Origin: a virus
Taxonomy: Duplodnaviria; Caudoviricetes
Direction: 5' to 3' (one strand)
Length of the DNA stretch: 64,000 bases
IMG/VR virus record: IMGVR_UViG_3300023070_000001
Span: 1 to 64,000 of that record
A program made the translations under genes and the position numbers. Below are positions 30,882 through 40,942 of the stretch, in pieces. The notes below the pieces were generated by a model, which saw only the letters and a list, made by a program, of their open reading frames with translations, had not been told where the DNA came from and did no database searches. Each line of letters starts with the position of its first letter. Position 1 is the first letter of the stretch.

Positions 30882-31967
30882 TCAGTCAACAGGTTCAGTG
30901 CCAGTAGCCTTCTTGGCACGATCATCAGCGAGGATCTTTACAGCAGCGTCAATAATTTTTTGACGCCATTCAGGATTCTCTGTAGCATGTTCAACTAGTT
31001 TAGCCATACCATTAAAGTTGTCTGCACCTAAAGAGTCATCTATTTTATACCAAGCACCTGACTTCAATACAAGTTTATTGTATTGAAGTACTTTAAGTGC
31101 GGCCCAAAGATTATCAAAGCCAATACCGTAACGAACGAGGGCTTTAGCTTCGCGCTGAGGCATAGATACTTTATTTTTAGTACAAATCATTTTTACTTCA
31201 GTAGCTACTGCAACATCAACCTCTTCACCGAAGACATTGACAACAGTTCCTTTCTCCTTACTGGTTCCAATAAACTCAGCCATCTGTGAGGAGTAATAAG
31301 TTAATTTCTCTCCACCTGGACGAGTTTTCTGAGGTGGGCCAAATCCTGGCATTCCGCCGATAGCGGAATGTACGTGGTTAATGAAAATAGCCGTAGTGTT
31401 AGTAGTTAGCAGAATTGAATTAAGAATCCCTAGGAATGGAGACATTAGTCTAGCTAGTGGAGCTACGGCAGGCTTACCTAGGTCATCCTCTACCTGGCTT
31501 GAGGGCATTGCTGCGGCTACAGAATCCCATACTAGTAGTCTAACCTTACCTGTTTTAATAAGGTCTCGTGTAAGGTTTGCGCCTGTCTCAAAATCCGTAG
31601 GACGAAATAGACCAAAAGAAGGATCATGCACATCAAGACCTAGACTACGTGCATATGCCTCATCCAAAGCACATTCATAATCCATGTAAAGGATAATGTC
31701 ATCAGAGTCTTCTGCTAAAATATCCTTCTGAACGCCTGCTGCTGTCTGTAGAGCTGCGGTAGTCTTACCTGACTGAGACTTACCATAGAATTGAGCAATG
31801 CGACCTACAGCAACGCCACCACCTAAAATATCATCTAGGCCAATATTACCAGTTGGTAGGAAGTTTACATCAGCTACAAAGCCCTCAGTGTATTTCCCTG
31901 CATATTTCTTACTAGCTTCTGCTAGAATATCTGCAATACTTGCTTTAGCTTTTTCCTTTGGTGGCAT
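30882..31967 (-). CDS. recA: RecA-like recombinase
   Basis: Walker A GKSQSGKT, LLVWDSVAA, IFINH, PGGEKLTYYS, KNKVS. Confidence 0.93.
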   Translation of the reverse strand: MPPKEKAKASIADILAEASKKYAGKYTEGFVADVNFLPTGNIGLDDILGGGVAVGRIAQFYGKSQSGKTTAALQTAAGVQKDILAEDSDDIILYMDYECALDEAYARSLGLDVHDPSFGLFRPTDFETGANLTRDLIKTGKVRLLVWDSVAAAMPSSQVEDDLGKPAVAPLARLMSPFLGILNSILLTTNTTAIFINHVHSAIGGMPGFGPPQKTRPGGEKLTYYSSQMAEFIGTSKEKGTVVNVFGEEVDVAVATEVKMICTKNKVSMPQREAKALVRYGIGFDNLWAALKVLQYNKLVLKSGAWYKIDDSLGADNFNGMAKLVEHATENPEWRQKIIDAAVKILADDRAKKATGTEPVD

Positions 31968-31970
31968 ATG

Positions 31971-32096
31971 CTATTCCGTCTCTTCTTTATTTGGGCACCA
32001 TTCTGGACAAGGTAAAATAATGATTTGTTTATTTGGTGCTGGGCATCTACACTGAGCTATTAAAGTACCATGCTTACATTCTTGCCTTTTATGCAT
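31971..32096 (-). CDS. 41-aa Cys-rich microprotein
   Basis: Hand-translated CKHG..QCRC...CPEWC; GAGGAG RBS. Confidence 0.55.
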   Translation of the reverse strand: MHKRQECKHGTLIAQCRCPAPNKQIIILPCPEWCPNKEETE

Positions 32097-32155
32097 ATTA
32101 CTCCTCAAATGTAATATTGACATTAGACCTGGTAAGCCAATAACGATCAGCTTTA

Positions 32156-32608
32156 CTACTCACGAATCTTCTCCAATAGTTTCTGCGCAGGTGGGTTCTT
32201 AGCGTAATCTCGGATCTTATCGATTCTATCAAACAAGTGCCCCGATGAGTCTCCAAGCTCTCCTAATAAACTATTGCAACGAGAGCAAATAAGCCCTCTG
32301 ATACATTTACCACAGATTGGAGTAGTCGGGCAGCAGGAGTGATCATGATCGACAGACAGCTTCTTACTAAGACCTCTATTACCTGTCCACGGACCACAAG
32401 TGTAGCACATTCCGCCCTGTGCTTCATAGAGAGCGTCATACTCCCCTGGTGCCAACTTGTAATCCTTGAGCATTCTGCTAGAGTGACTGTTAGCTCTTAA
32501 TAACTTCTTCCTAGCTCTAAAGCAGGTAACACAGCGAGGGCCAGGATGCGGCAACTTCCTAGTTGTAGAACCACAATCTTTACATGATTTTACTTTAGGT
32601 TGTGCCAT
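32156..32608 (-). CDS. recombination endonuclease VII (Holliday junction resolvase)
   Basis: QGG.CYTC, LSVDHDH, IRGLICSRCN..LG. Confidence 0.9.
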   Translation of the reverse strand: MAQPKVKSCKDCGSTTRKLPHPGPRCVTCFRARKKLLRANSHSSRMLKDYKLAPGEYDALYEAQGGMCYTCGPWTGNRGLSKKLSVDHDHSCCPTTPICGKCIRGLICSRCNSLLGELGDSSGHLFDRIDKIRDYAKNPPAQKLLEKIRE

Positions 32609-32664
32609 TATCCTGACCCTCAATCGTATTAGTCGCTATGAAGTTATCAGTATATCATATAATC

Positions 32665-33549
32665 CTAGAGACCGTTAAGTAGATCCTCTAGGTCTACAGC
32701 ATCCTGCTTATTACGAGGCTTCTCTTCTACCTTAGTAGCTGATGCCTTAGTGTCGTTATCTAGTAGGCCCTCAAGACCAGCATCTAGATTACGCTCAGCG
32801 CCTACTAGATTATCGCTATTAGTCTCACTTGCCTGGCCGTTAACTACACGCCAGCGAGCACGAATCTTATCTAGGTCATCCTCAAGGTATTCAACCTTCT
32901 TGACAACGCGACCTAGGAATGGCTCAAGGTCTTCAACCTTATTCTCTTCAATAATCTCATCAAAGAGATCCTGGTTCTCATCCTTCTTTACCATACTAGA
33001 AGGAATGATCTTGTACTTCTGGAATAGCTGGTTCTCACAAGGACCGAGAATAACATCGATCTTAGATAGATCCTTGTTAGGTGCCTCATCACGAAGGTCA
33101 GCAATTTCATTGAACTTCTTATCAGTGAATGCCCAAATCTTAACTGAACCCTGGAAGCTCTTAGTAGGCTTTGAAGTTCCGTTAGTTGCGTACTGGAAAA
33201 CGTGCATTGCGAAACGACGCTTAGGACGCTGGAACTGGTCAGGGTTAGTCTCTGCTGCCTTACATGCAGGGCAGTTCTTGGGGTCCATACCACGATCCTG
33301 AAGAATATCAGGCTTACCTAGGCAGATGGGATTTCCTACAAAATCAAATTCCATCTCTTCACCCTTAGGGCCTGACTTGTACTTAGGCATACCATTTACT
33401 AGAGTAGGCATACGTAGGTTGTGAACATAACCTACATCAGGTGCCTCGTAAATGTGAATACGAGCTGTCTCATCCTGGACTAGCTTTAGTCGGGGAAACT
33501 GCTCTGAACTTGCTGACTTGTTCTCTGAACTGAAGGACATCTTAGCCAT
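32665..33549 (-). CDS. single-stranded DNA-binding protein (gp32-like, acidic tail)
   Basis: Aromatic-rich OB-type core, C..D...CPAC zinc site, C-terminal DLEDLLNGL. Confidence 0.7.
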   Translation of the reverse strand: MAKMSFSSENKSASSEQFPRLKLVQDETARIHIYEAPDVGYVHNLRMPTLVNGMPKYKSGPKGEEMEFDFVGNPICLGKPDILQDRGMDPKNCPACKAAETNPDQFQRPKRRFAMHVFQYATNGTSKPTKSFQGSVKIWAFTDKKFNEIADLRDEAPNKDLSKIDVILGPCENQLFQKYKIIPSSMVKKDENQDLFDEIIEENKVEDLEPFLGRVVKKVEYLEDDLDKIRARWRVVNGQASETNSDNLVGAERNLDAGLEGLLDNDTKASATKVEEKPRNKQDAVDLEDLLNGL

Positions 33550-33632
33550 AAAATTAATCTCTTTTCTTCTCTTTGATTCGAGCGAACGCTTCTGGATCGC
33601 TACATCTATTCTACCACAGTCTTGATCTTGGA

Positions 33633-34115
33633 TCAAGCTGAGAGAATATCTAGTCTCTTACGTAGATCCTGTCGTACCTTATCTAGCCCATAATAGTGTA
33701 GACGAATGACCTCTACTGCTTCAAGAGCAAAGGCTTGAGTGTCCTCTACCTTGCGTAGCTCACGAGCACTGTTTAAGGTAGCTAGATTAGCCTCTGCGGC
33801 CTTTTCCTTACCTGTTGCATACTCACTGAAGGCTACACGCTTAGATGGCGCAGAAATTGCCCTATCCCACTGTTCTTGATGGTTCATCTTGAAAACAAAT
33901 ACTTGCCTATCAAGTTTAGCCTTAGCCCTGATTGCCTTACTGAGTAACATTTCAATTCCTGTCAATGCACCTTGACACTTAATAAGTTCAGTATGAATTT
34001 CAGGAAACTCAGCGTCAGCATCTAGGGTACTAACTGACATACGAAGTTTGATAGTTTCATTGATCAGATTACCAAGTTCAGTATGTAATGTATTCTCTTC
34101 ACTCAATAGGATCAA
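33633..34115 (-). CDS. helical hypothetical protein
   Basis: 160-aa coiled-coil-like ORF in the replication operon. Confidence 0.65.
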   Translation of the reverse strand: MILLSEENTLHTELGNLINETIKLRMSVSTLDADAEFPEIHTELIKCQGALTGIEMLLSKAIRAKAKLDRQVFVFKMNHQEQWDRAISAPSKRVAFSEYATGKEKAAEANLATLNSARELRKVEDTQAFALEAVEVIRLHYYGLDKVRQDLRKRLDILSA

Positions 34116-34671
34116 TTCCTCTCATGAACATCATCAACCTGATATCTTCATGTAGCTCTTCTACTGTCTCATCATTATGAAGAATTACTGAAGCTAGATC
34201 ACGAATAGCAGTTGACTCTGATGCATGACCATCTGACTGTAATCCAGGTCGTTCGACCCAAGTAACTATTCCGCCATTGTTGCGAACAAAATCTACTTCG
34301 TTATCAAATCTGCAATCAGTAATAACATAACGAGATTCTTCATCAACAATGTCAGGAAACTTTGCAGCTATTAAGTCTACCCACACATTAGTACCGAAAA
34401 GCATTCTACCAACTTCAGTACCAAATACTTGCAGAAGTCTACGAACCTCAGGAACATTATTCTTAGCCCAATCCCATCCAGCATCGTCAATCAATTCTGA
34501 GAGTGGCAAAGTTCCGTACTGCCCGTAATGAGGAATCCAAGGATCAAGAACTAAAAGTGATTCACGTAGAGCATCAGCAAAAGCAATTCTAGTGAAACCG
34601 TACTCATTAACAAGGACTTTAGCAGCAGTATCCTTACCTGAGCCCTTAAGGCCACTAAACGCTATCAACAT
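34099..34671 (-). CDS. deoxynucleoside monophosphate kinase
   Basis: SGLKGSGKDT, FADAL, RRLLQ.FGTE.GR, ITDCRFDNE, HASE. Confidence 0.93.
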   Translation of the reverse strand: MLIAFSGLKGSGKDTAAKVLVNEYGFTRIAFADALRESLLVLDPWIPHYGQYGTLPLSELIDDAGWDWAKNNVPEVRRLLQVFGTEVGRMLFGTNVWVDLIAAKFPDIVDEESRYVITDCRFDNEVDFVRNNGGIVTWVERPGLQSDGHASESTAIRDLASVILHNDETVEELHEDIRLMMFMRGIDPIE

Positions 34672-34939
34672 GAGGCATCCTACTAATGAGGGAACTTAAC
34701 TCTGCCATAAGTAAACGAGATGACTTCTCGCCCGTAAGGTTTTGACCTTCCATCTGCAATGTTACCAGGATTTCAGCTTGAGAGACAAGTAGTTGGTACT
34801 TCTGACCAACTGTCAGCTTATCTGCATCAAGGCCATTCTTGATAACAATTGCCTGAAGGTCTGACTCATCTAACTCAATATCAAACTTAAACCATTTATT
34901 CGATGCTACTTCAGCGCTTCCGCCTCTTAGAACTCTCAA
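34655..34939 (-). CDS. hypothetical protein
   Basis: ORF in an operon (GTG start). Confidence 0.6.
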   Translation of the reverse strand: MRVLRGGSAEVASNKWFKFDIELDESDLQAIVIKNGLDADKLTVGQKYQLLVSQAEILVTLQMEGQNLTGEKSSRLLMAELSSLISRMPHVDSV

Positions 34940-35196
34940 TCTTCTTCCTCCAAAAGCATTTCATCATCTTCAAATTCGATGAATAGGTTTCCTGTAAAGT
35001 CTAAAATTCTGACTAAGCCTGTACGAACATCAACTTGCCAGTCGGGGAAGTCAATGGAGCATCCACATGATAAGTAAATTGTCTGAGCACCTTGAACTGA
35101 TCGCTCAGCAGTTAACGTATAATGAATGTTTTGATACCATCCACTGACTTCCCCATTACAATTATGACACTTAACTGAAAACTCATCGCTGCTCAT
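34936..35196 (-). CDS. zinc-ribbon hypothetical protein
   Basis: CHNC...LSCGC. Confidence 0.6.
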   Translation of the reverse strand: MSSDEFSVKCHNCNGEVSGWYQNIHYTLTAERSVQGAQTIYLSCGCSIDFPDWQVDVRTGLVRILDFTGNLFIEFEDDEMLLEEED

Positions 35197-35220
35197 CAGT
35201 CAAGTCTAGCAGTGTCTTAC

Positions 35221-37644
35221 TTAGAATGCAATGTCAGCAGCAAGATCATCAAGCGCCTGCTCAGAAACCTTGTAGTAGGTCTCAGCATCACCGAACAAGT
35301 TACGAATAACAGATGCATACTTTTCAGGAGTTAATCCTGTAGTAATAGGAATTGCAGCTACACCTACAGGAGTCTTGACTTCGATAGTGTTAGTTCCCTC
35401 TACCTTAGTCGCGTAATCAATGAAAGCCTTGAACTTATCCTTGGTAGGCATATTCTTCAGCTCTACAATGATGTGCTTAGACTGCTGCTCATCCTCAGAT
35501 CCAAGTGTAGGTAAGTATGTATCCCTACTAGGTTCCTCTACTGCTACCTCTTCATTTTCAAGTGTAGGTAAGTATCTAGTCCCTAGGGTAGGACCATCCT
35601 TAACTCTTACTGTTCCATCTGAATCTAGCTCTAGTTCCTTTACTGATCCCCAACGCTTTCCAATATGCCAGTCAGCTACCATCTTAGGCCAACCAGGAAC
35701 ATCAAAAATTACTGCTGGCTGTAGAGCATGGATTACCTCTACTGGATCAAGGCTGCGGTGAACATAGAATTCAAGAGCGTCGTGAACGTTCATGAACAGC
35801 CGAACTTTATCCTGCCAACCATTCTGCTGAATTACTTTACGGGCTCTAACCATTCCAATACGAACATAGTCACCTGTAGCACCACCTTGGACAGGATAGT
35901 TGAAGCAGGCACGCTCTCCACCCTCACGAATCCAGCGGCGAGAATCCTGTAATTCCCAAATAGGAATCTTACGGCCAAACTTAGTTACTACATAACCATG
36001 CTCATAGCCGTATTCGATCTGCTTATCTGTCCAACGCTTAAGCTTAGGAAATGCCGCGAAGTACTGGGCAAACAGATCCTCAGCCTCTTCAATAGAGCAG
36101 TTAAGCCTTTTTGCTAGGGCTGATGCAGTCATACCGAACAATAGACCGAAGCCCAGAGTCTTAGCTTTTGACCTAAGTTCCTTAGTGACTTTATCCATAG
36201 GAACTTTGAACATCATAGCAGCTACCTTAGTGTGGACATCCTCATCATTAGCGAATGCCTCAATAAGAGCTGTCTCATCTGCAAGTCCTGCGGCAGCACG
36301 ATACTCAGCCTGTGAAAGGTCGAATCCAAGGATGTAAAAATCCTCTGGTGCAATTACCGCATCCCTAAAGTTCAGCTTAAATTCAATTCCATTATTAAGC
36401 GTGTACCAATAGCTTAGGTACTTACCCTCTGGTGTCTTAATGTTAATTGATGGCTGATTCTGCTGGTTTGGATTAGCTGATGAGAATCGAGCAGTACGTA
36501 CATAACTCTGGTTAAGTGATGGGTGTACCATTCCATCAGGAGCATATCCATAATCTTTTGCATACTTATCCAGGAATGACCCGGTAAGACGCTTAAGATT
36601 CTTATACTGAGAAATCTTCTTAACGACAGGATGCTTCTCAGCTAGCGCATCAAGAGCCATTTTACCTGTAGACATCTTCTTATCAGCCTTAGCCGCACCC
36701 TTAGTACTTGTGGTGTAGATGTTGACTACCAAACCTAGGCGGTCGTACAGGATCTCAGATAGCTGTTTAGGGCTTGCCAGATTTACGTTGAGCTTAGTTT
36801 CACCCATACCCAGTAGGTGAGCTAGTTCAGTTTGAATCTCGTCGTTCAACAAAGCTGTGAAGTCTTTAGCCCTTGCTGATGCCTCCTGCATAAAGAACCA
36901 GTCATAGCGGATACCACAATCCTCCATATCACAAATGACATAACAGATTTCCATATCCACTTTATACATAAGCTGATCTTTAACTTTAGGGTAAGCATCT
37001 AGATGAAGACCTAAACACCAGAGTGCATCCTCACAAGCATACTTAATAACCTTATTTGTCAGGTCAAGTACATTGAATCGAAATGCCTTCTTGTTCTTCT
37101 CAGTTAGCTTATCGAATAGCTCTTCGAACTTGATCATCTGGTGCTGGAATTTATTAAGTACCAGATCCTTCAGACCAAACTCTTGGAATTCTCTGAGAAT
37201 ATATGCCTCTACCTGGGTACAAGAACGAACAGGAAAATATCCTTTAGCCTCTGTAACTTCTTTACTATATAGAGGGTGATCAGATAGCATCTCTCGAAAG
37301 AACCTAGCCATACGCCTAAGTTCGAACCCTACATTATGTGCTACTAATAGTTTTGTCTTGAATGCTGACCATAGAATCTCAGCTACTCGTAAATGATCTG
37401 TAATATTTTCTGCAAAATCATGAGCAAGAGGTACATACCTAGCCCAGTTAAGAGAATTAGTAAAGCTAAAACCTACAAGTAAATTTGTCTCTAGCTTAAG
37501 CGAACCTCGATCATCATCAGGGCCATGATACCCAGTTTCAATATCGAAACCAAATGGCTTACCCTCTGCGACAATCTTATCGAAAAATTCCTTTAGCTCT
37601 TCGGTGGAACGTACTACATCATAATTCTTATTAACTGTAGACAT
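35221..37644 (-). CDS. polA: family A DNA polymerase with 3'-5' exonuclease and C-terminal extension
   Basis: FDIETG, YACED, motif A DLSQAEYR, motif B RSKAKTLGFGLLFG, motif C NVHDAL. Confidence 0.95.
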   Translation of the reverse strand: MSTVNKNYDVVRSTEELKEFFDKIVAEGKPFGFDIETGYHGPDDDRGSLKLETNLLVGFSFTNSLNWARYVPLAHDFAENITDHLRVAEILWSAFKTKLLVAHNVGFELRRMARFFREMLSDHPLYSKEVTEAKGYFPVRSCTQVEAYILREFQEFGLKDLVLNKFQHQMIKFEELFDKLTEKNKKAFRFNVLDLTNKVIKYACEDALWCLGLHLDAYPKVKDQLMYKVDMEICYVICDMEDCGIRYDWFFMQEASARAKDFTALLNDEIQTELAHLLGMGETKLNVNLASPKQLSEILYDRLGLVVNIYTTSTKGAAKADKKMSTGKMALDALAEKHPVVKKISQYKNLKRLTGSFLDKYAKDYGYAPDGMVHPSLNQSYVRTARFSSANPNQQNQPSINIKTPEGKYLSYWYTLNNGIEFKLNFRDAVIAPEDFYILGFDLSQAEYRAAAGLADETALIEAFANDEDVHTKVAAMMFKVPMDKVTKELRSKAKTLGFGLLFGMTASALAKRLNCSIEEAEDLFAQYFAAFPKLKRWTDKQIEYGYEHGYVVTKFGRKIPIWELQDSRRWIREGGERACFNYPVQGGATGDYVRIGMVRARKVIQQNGWQDKVRLFMNVHDALEFYVHRSLDPVEVIHALQPAVIFDVPGWPKMVADWHIGKRWGSVKELELDSDGTVRVKDGPTLGTRYLPTLENEEVAVEEPSRDTYLPTLGSEDEQQSKHIIVELKNMPTKDKFKAFIDYATKVEGTNTIEVKTPVGVAAIPITTGLTPEKYASVIRNLFGDAETYYKVSEQALDDLAADIAF
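35494..35584. repeat. two direct copies of CAAGTGTAGGTAAGTAT inside polA (third copy at 50713-50745)
   Basis: Direct sequence comparison; encodes YLPTL twice. Confidence 0.85.
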
Positions 37645-37683
37645 CTGCTCTCCTGATCTGTGGTTTGCTTAAAGGATAACCAC

Positions 37684-38106
37684 TTAATTCCCATATAATA
37701 ATTCATCCTCCTTGGACTTAGTATTATGACAAGTAGAGCATAATATCTGTAAGTTATCAGGATGATGTTTGCAACTAAACCTTGACTTATCGCCCCTACG
37801 TGGGATGATGTGATCGCAGGTTATCTCGTCGCCTCGTAACCTTACCACTACTTCACAGCGTCCACAACTAGCGCAGCAGCTATGACGCTGCCCATTCTCA
37901 GGTCTGTGGCACATACACTTACGTCTTGATCGCTTCAGGGCTAATTGTCGCGCCAAAAAATAACGGTGGTGCAATCGCCATGTATTAAGACATGTGCCAC
38001 TACACCACCGCTTTTGTACTGCATCTAATTTAGAACTACACCAGCGGCATTCATCATCTATTCCTGACCACTGAGATAGACTACAATTTAATGGATTCAC
38101 TGTCAT
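37684..38106 (-). CDS. HNH endonuclease with N-terminal zinc finger
   Basis: CRWC...WCS..C; CDHIIP...NLQILC..CHN.K. Confidence 0.88.
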   Translation of the reverse strand: MTVNPLNCSLSQWSGIDDECRWCSSKLDAVQKRWCSGTCLNTWRLHHRYFLARQLALKRSRRKCMCHRPENGQRHSCCASCGRCEVVVRLRGDEITCDHIIPRRGDKSRFSCKHHPDNLQILCSTCHNTKSKEDELLYGN

Positions 38107-38115
38107 AGGCTAAAC

Positions 38116-38541
38116 CTACAGACAGGCAAATAGCAGTGCTGAAATCCACAAACAAAAGTAGTGCAAACTCTGGTCAGCTAAGTACATACCGCAGATAGGT
38201 GTTTGTATTTCCGCAAAGTTAGATGCCCCTACATGATTCAAGAACCACTTAACAGGCCAACGCCTATCTAGGAATGCATGACTAACCCCTGAGAATAGCA
38301 ATGATGAAAATACTCCAAGTAGTGTTACAGGTACATTAAGAAATACACATGTAACAAGAAGCATAATGAACATTACTATATGATATACAAACACATGCTG
38401 TAAAATATGAGACCAGCCAGTACGACCTGGCTTTGCTTTGTTACTTGCCATCTTATCAGTCTGAAATAAATGATCAGCTACCTGATGGGCAACAATAGCA
38501 GTCCCCAAGAATACAGCAAAAAGAATTGCTGAGGTAAGCAT
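38116..38541 (-). CDS. DUF3307-like membrane protein
   Basis: HQVADHLFQTD.MA..K, SHAFLDR, ADQSLH. Confidence 0.85.
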   Translation of the reverse strand: MLTSAILFAVFLGTAIVAHQVADHLFQTDKMASNKAKPGRTGWSHILQHVFVYHIVMFIMLLVTCVFLNVPVTLLGVFSSLLFSGVSHAFLDRRWPVKWFLNHVGASNFAEIQTPICGMYLADQSLHYFCLWISALLFACL

Positions 38542-38708
38542 TAGAACCCTGCCGAAGCTTCCTTGCCTAGTCGCATCCACTTCTGGTGGACTTCCTTGGC
38601 CTCAGCGGGTGTTAGTTCACCCTTAGCGCCAAAATGATAACGACCAGACCAATCCTGGAAAATCTCATCGTAGCTCATTTCCCAAGTTGGCTTCTTGTTC
38701 TCGCTCAA
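38541..38708 (-). CDS. 55-aa hypothetical protein (TTG start)
   Basis: Hand-translated; AAAGGAG RBS; stop overlaps the next start. Confidence 0.55.
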   Translation of the reverse strand: MSENKKPTWEMSYDEIFQDWSGRYHFGAKGELTPAEAKEVHQKWMRLGKEASAGF

Positions 38709-38737
38709 GTTATTTCTCCTTTTTACATATTACAAAG

Positions 38738-38820
38738 TACCAAGGAAGGGAATCGAACCCTCACGCCCTTTCGGACACTCGATTTTGAGTCGAGCGCGGC
38801 TGCCGTTACGCCACCCTGGC
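38738..38820 (-). tRNA. tRNA-Leu(CAA), long variable arm, outside the main array
   Basis: Class II cloverleaf. Confidence 0.93.
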
Positions 38821-38937
38821 ATGTGTTCCTTACCTACATGCTTAGTTACCTTATAACTAAGTCTTACAGTCCACCTATGCTGTAGAGTCTATAGCCTCAG
38901 AACAGCCCACCCTCAGGAACAACTCCATCTTACCACA

Positions 38938-39330
38938 TCAATCGGTCAGGCGTCCAGGGTTGACTTTCTCAACACTGTAGGAACCCAACTCATTGGTGTA
39001 GACGATTTCTTTAATGCCTGCTGAGATAATAGCCCACATACACCAAGTACAAGGTCGAGACATTTGAGTATCACCCCTACTATCAACTCTAGCAATATAG
39101 ATCGTGCAACCCCTCAAGTCATCCCTAACCTTCAGAAGTTCTCGAAGAGTTGCACGCTCAGCATGATCACTAACATTATGCTCATCAATTGCAGGAGCAT
39201 TACGAAATTTGTTAGGCGCAGACCCTAGTACTTTATTACCCTTAGCTACTACTGCTCCATGCCTCCATCGATAAGTACTCTGCTCAGCAACCCGAACAGC
39301 TCGTCGGATCAGGTTATCATGTCGCTTCAT
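38938..39330 (-). CDS. cytidine/dCMP deaminase-like zinc protein
   Basis: HAE...PCxxC motif. Confidence 0.9.
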   Translation of the reverse strand: MKRHDNLIRRAVRVAEQSTYRWRHGAVVAKGNKVLGSAPNKFRNAPAIDEHNVSDHAERATLRELLKVRDDLRGCTIYIARVDSRGDTQMSRPCTWCMWAIISAGIKEIVYTNELGSYSVEKVNPGRLTD

Positions 39331-39347
39331 ACCCAGAGCCTAGCACT

Positions 39348-39656
39348 CTAGTAAGCTCTTGTCAACTCAGCATAGTTGCAGTAAGTAAGGAAGTTAGCGC
39401 CTATATTCTCAATGTAACTCATTGCTACAACAGAATCGTACCAGGCATTGTGCACAAATGCAATGTGCTTAGCTTCATATGCTGTCATAAAAGACCCCAG
39501 TTCGAACTTACCGGCATAGGGATTTAGTTCTGATACAGGCTCGGGGACATTACTGATAGCCCATCCACCAATAGTATCATCTATGACAGCATACCACCTA
39601 CAATAAATAATTTCTTCTTGCGTGAGTGGATTTTGTTGAAAATTGCGCTTTACCAT
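39348..39656 (-). CDS. hypothetical protein
   Basis: ORF in an operon. Confidence 0.55.
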   Translation of the reverse strand: MVKRNFQQNPLTQEEIIYCRWYAVIDDTIGGWAISNVPEPVSELNPYAGKFELGSFMTAYEAKHIAFVHNAWYDSVVAMSYIENIGANFLTYCNYAELTRAY

Positions 39657-40606
39657 AATGTTATTAACGTCTCCCATAATCCTACTTTGACACCATTGTT
39701 GAGGCTTGAGTCTATCATGGCAAGCACCTGCCTGCAATACTTGATTTTTGCATCTGTGTACTCTTTTGTTACAGGTAGAAACCTTTTCACTAGGAAAATC
39801 TTAATTCCTGTTGTCGCAGCAATATCAGTAGCGTACATACGTTTACGTACACAACGTGAGATTTCCATCATAGTATCAAGCCTATAATCTAAATGAGAGA
39901 TAATTTTAGCCTTATCCTCATGAGACATAGTAGACAGCGCAATATAGGCAGTTCTCTTATCACGTAGCATCAAGTAATCAGCGAAGGAGTCAAGTGCTTG
40001 CTCTTCGCATAAAAGGTCTAATGCCTTAACGCTAGGTGAGCCATTCCAGATATGAACCTTGCGGAGAACATCAAGCATCATATTAGTATCACCTGATGTA
40101 CGCTCTACTAAGTACTTAGATGCTTGCTCAGTAAGCCCATAACTACGGCCCCACTTGACAAGATCCTCATCATTAGGTTGAGAGCATTTGACAAACTTAC
40201 CTTTAGCTCTAATAATTTCAATATGCTCAGTATACCCTACTCTCTTCCCTTTAGCATAAACACTAGGGGCATCAGTATTGTAGGATACAAATAGAATGTA
40301 GTTGGTTTTGTTATTCCTGGTTTGTGCTAGCCAGGGGTCTAGTTCATACCAGTTATCGATAGCTTCAGCATTGCGAACTACTATAAGCCTATTACTACTA
40401 GGATCTAGAGGGTACTGGCTAGCACGATCCCAAACGGATGAATCTTGCTTAGCATCAATATCAATAAAATCAGTTACAGGTACTTGCAGTAGATTCTTAA
40501 CATCTTCAACTACTAATTCAACGAGAGCTGATTGATCCCCACAGCAGTAGATAATTTTAGGTAGAGATCCTTTATCTACAAAACCCTTCCACTGATTAAA
40601 ATTCAT
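39650..40606 (-). CDS. DNA polymerase III delta (HolA)-like clamp loader subunit
   Basis: Degenerate P-loop, RLIVVRNAE, three-domain delta architecture, adjacent to delta-prime. Confidence 0.7.
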   Translation of the reverse strand: MNFNQWKGFVDKGSLPKIIYCCGDQSALVELVVEDVKNLLQVPVTDFIDIDAKQDSSVWDRASQYPLDPSSNRLIVVRNAEAIDNWYELDPWLAQTRNNKTNYILFVSYNTDAPSVYAKGKRVGYTEHIEIIRAKGKFVKCSQPNDEDLVKWGRSYGLTEQASKYLVERTSGDTNMMLDVLRKVHIWNGSPSVKALDLLCEEQALDSFADYLMLRDKRTAYIALSTMSHEDKAKIISHLDYRLDTMMEISRCVRKRMYATDIAATTGIKIFLVKRFLPVTKEYTDAKIKYCRQVLAMIDSSLNNGVKVGLWETLITLW

Positions 40607-40609
40607 GAG

Positions 40610-40939
40610 CTACTTCCCTGGTGTGATCAGTTTACTTCGAGCGGCAGCTACACCTTGAGTAAGCTGCATCTGACGAATCTCTTTTAGTAGATCCTCAATA
40701 AAGTTCTTCTTACGAGTTTCAAGGTTATGCTGGAAAATCAACTTTGCTTCACGGGAGGCTAGTACAGTCTCAACAAGAGCCTCCACCTTAAGAAGAGCTA
40801 AGATTTCAGGCCCCAGCGGAATACCCTGATTAGCTAGATTCTCGATTCTAGCAACATTACTTTGGCTTAGCTGGTCTATTGTTTTTTGAGCTTCATCTAA
40901 ATCTGCTAAGAATTTAGCAGTGTTTTCCTTATCTGACAT
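40610..40939 (-). CDS. helical hypothetical protein
   Basis: 109-aa ORF. Confidence 0.65.
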   Translation of the reverse strand: MSDKENTAKFLADLDEAQKTIDQLSQSNVARIENLANQGIPLGPEILALLKVEALVETVLASREAKLIFQHNLETRKKNFIEDLLKEIRQMQLTQGVAAARSKLITPGK

Positions 40940-40942
40940 ACA

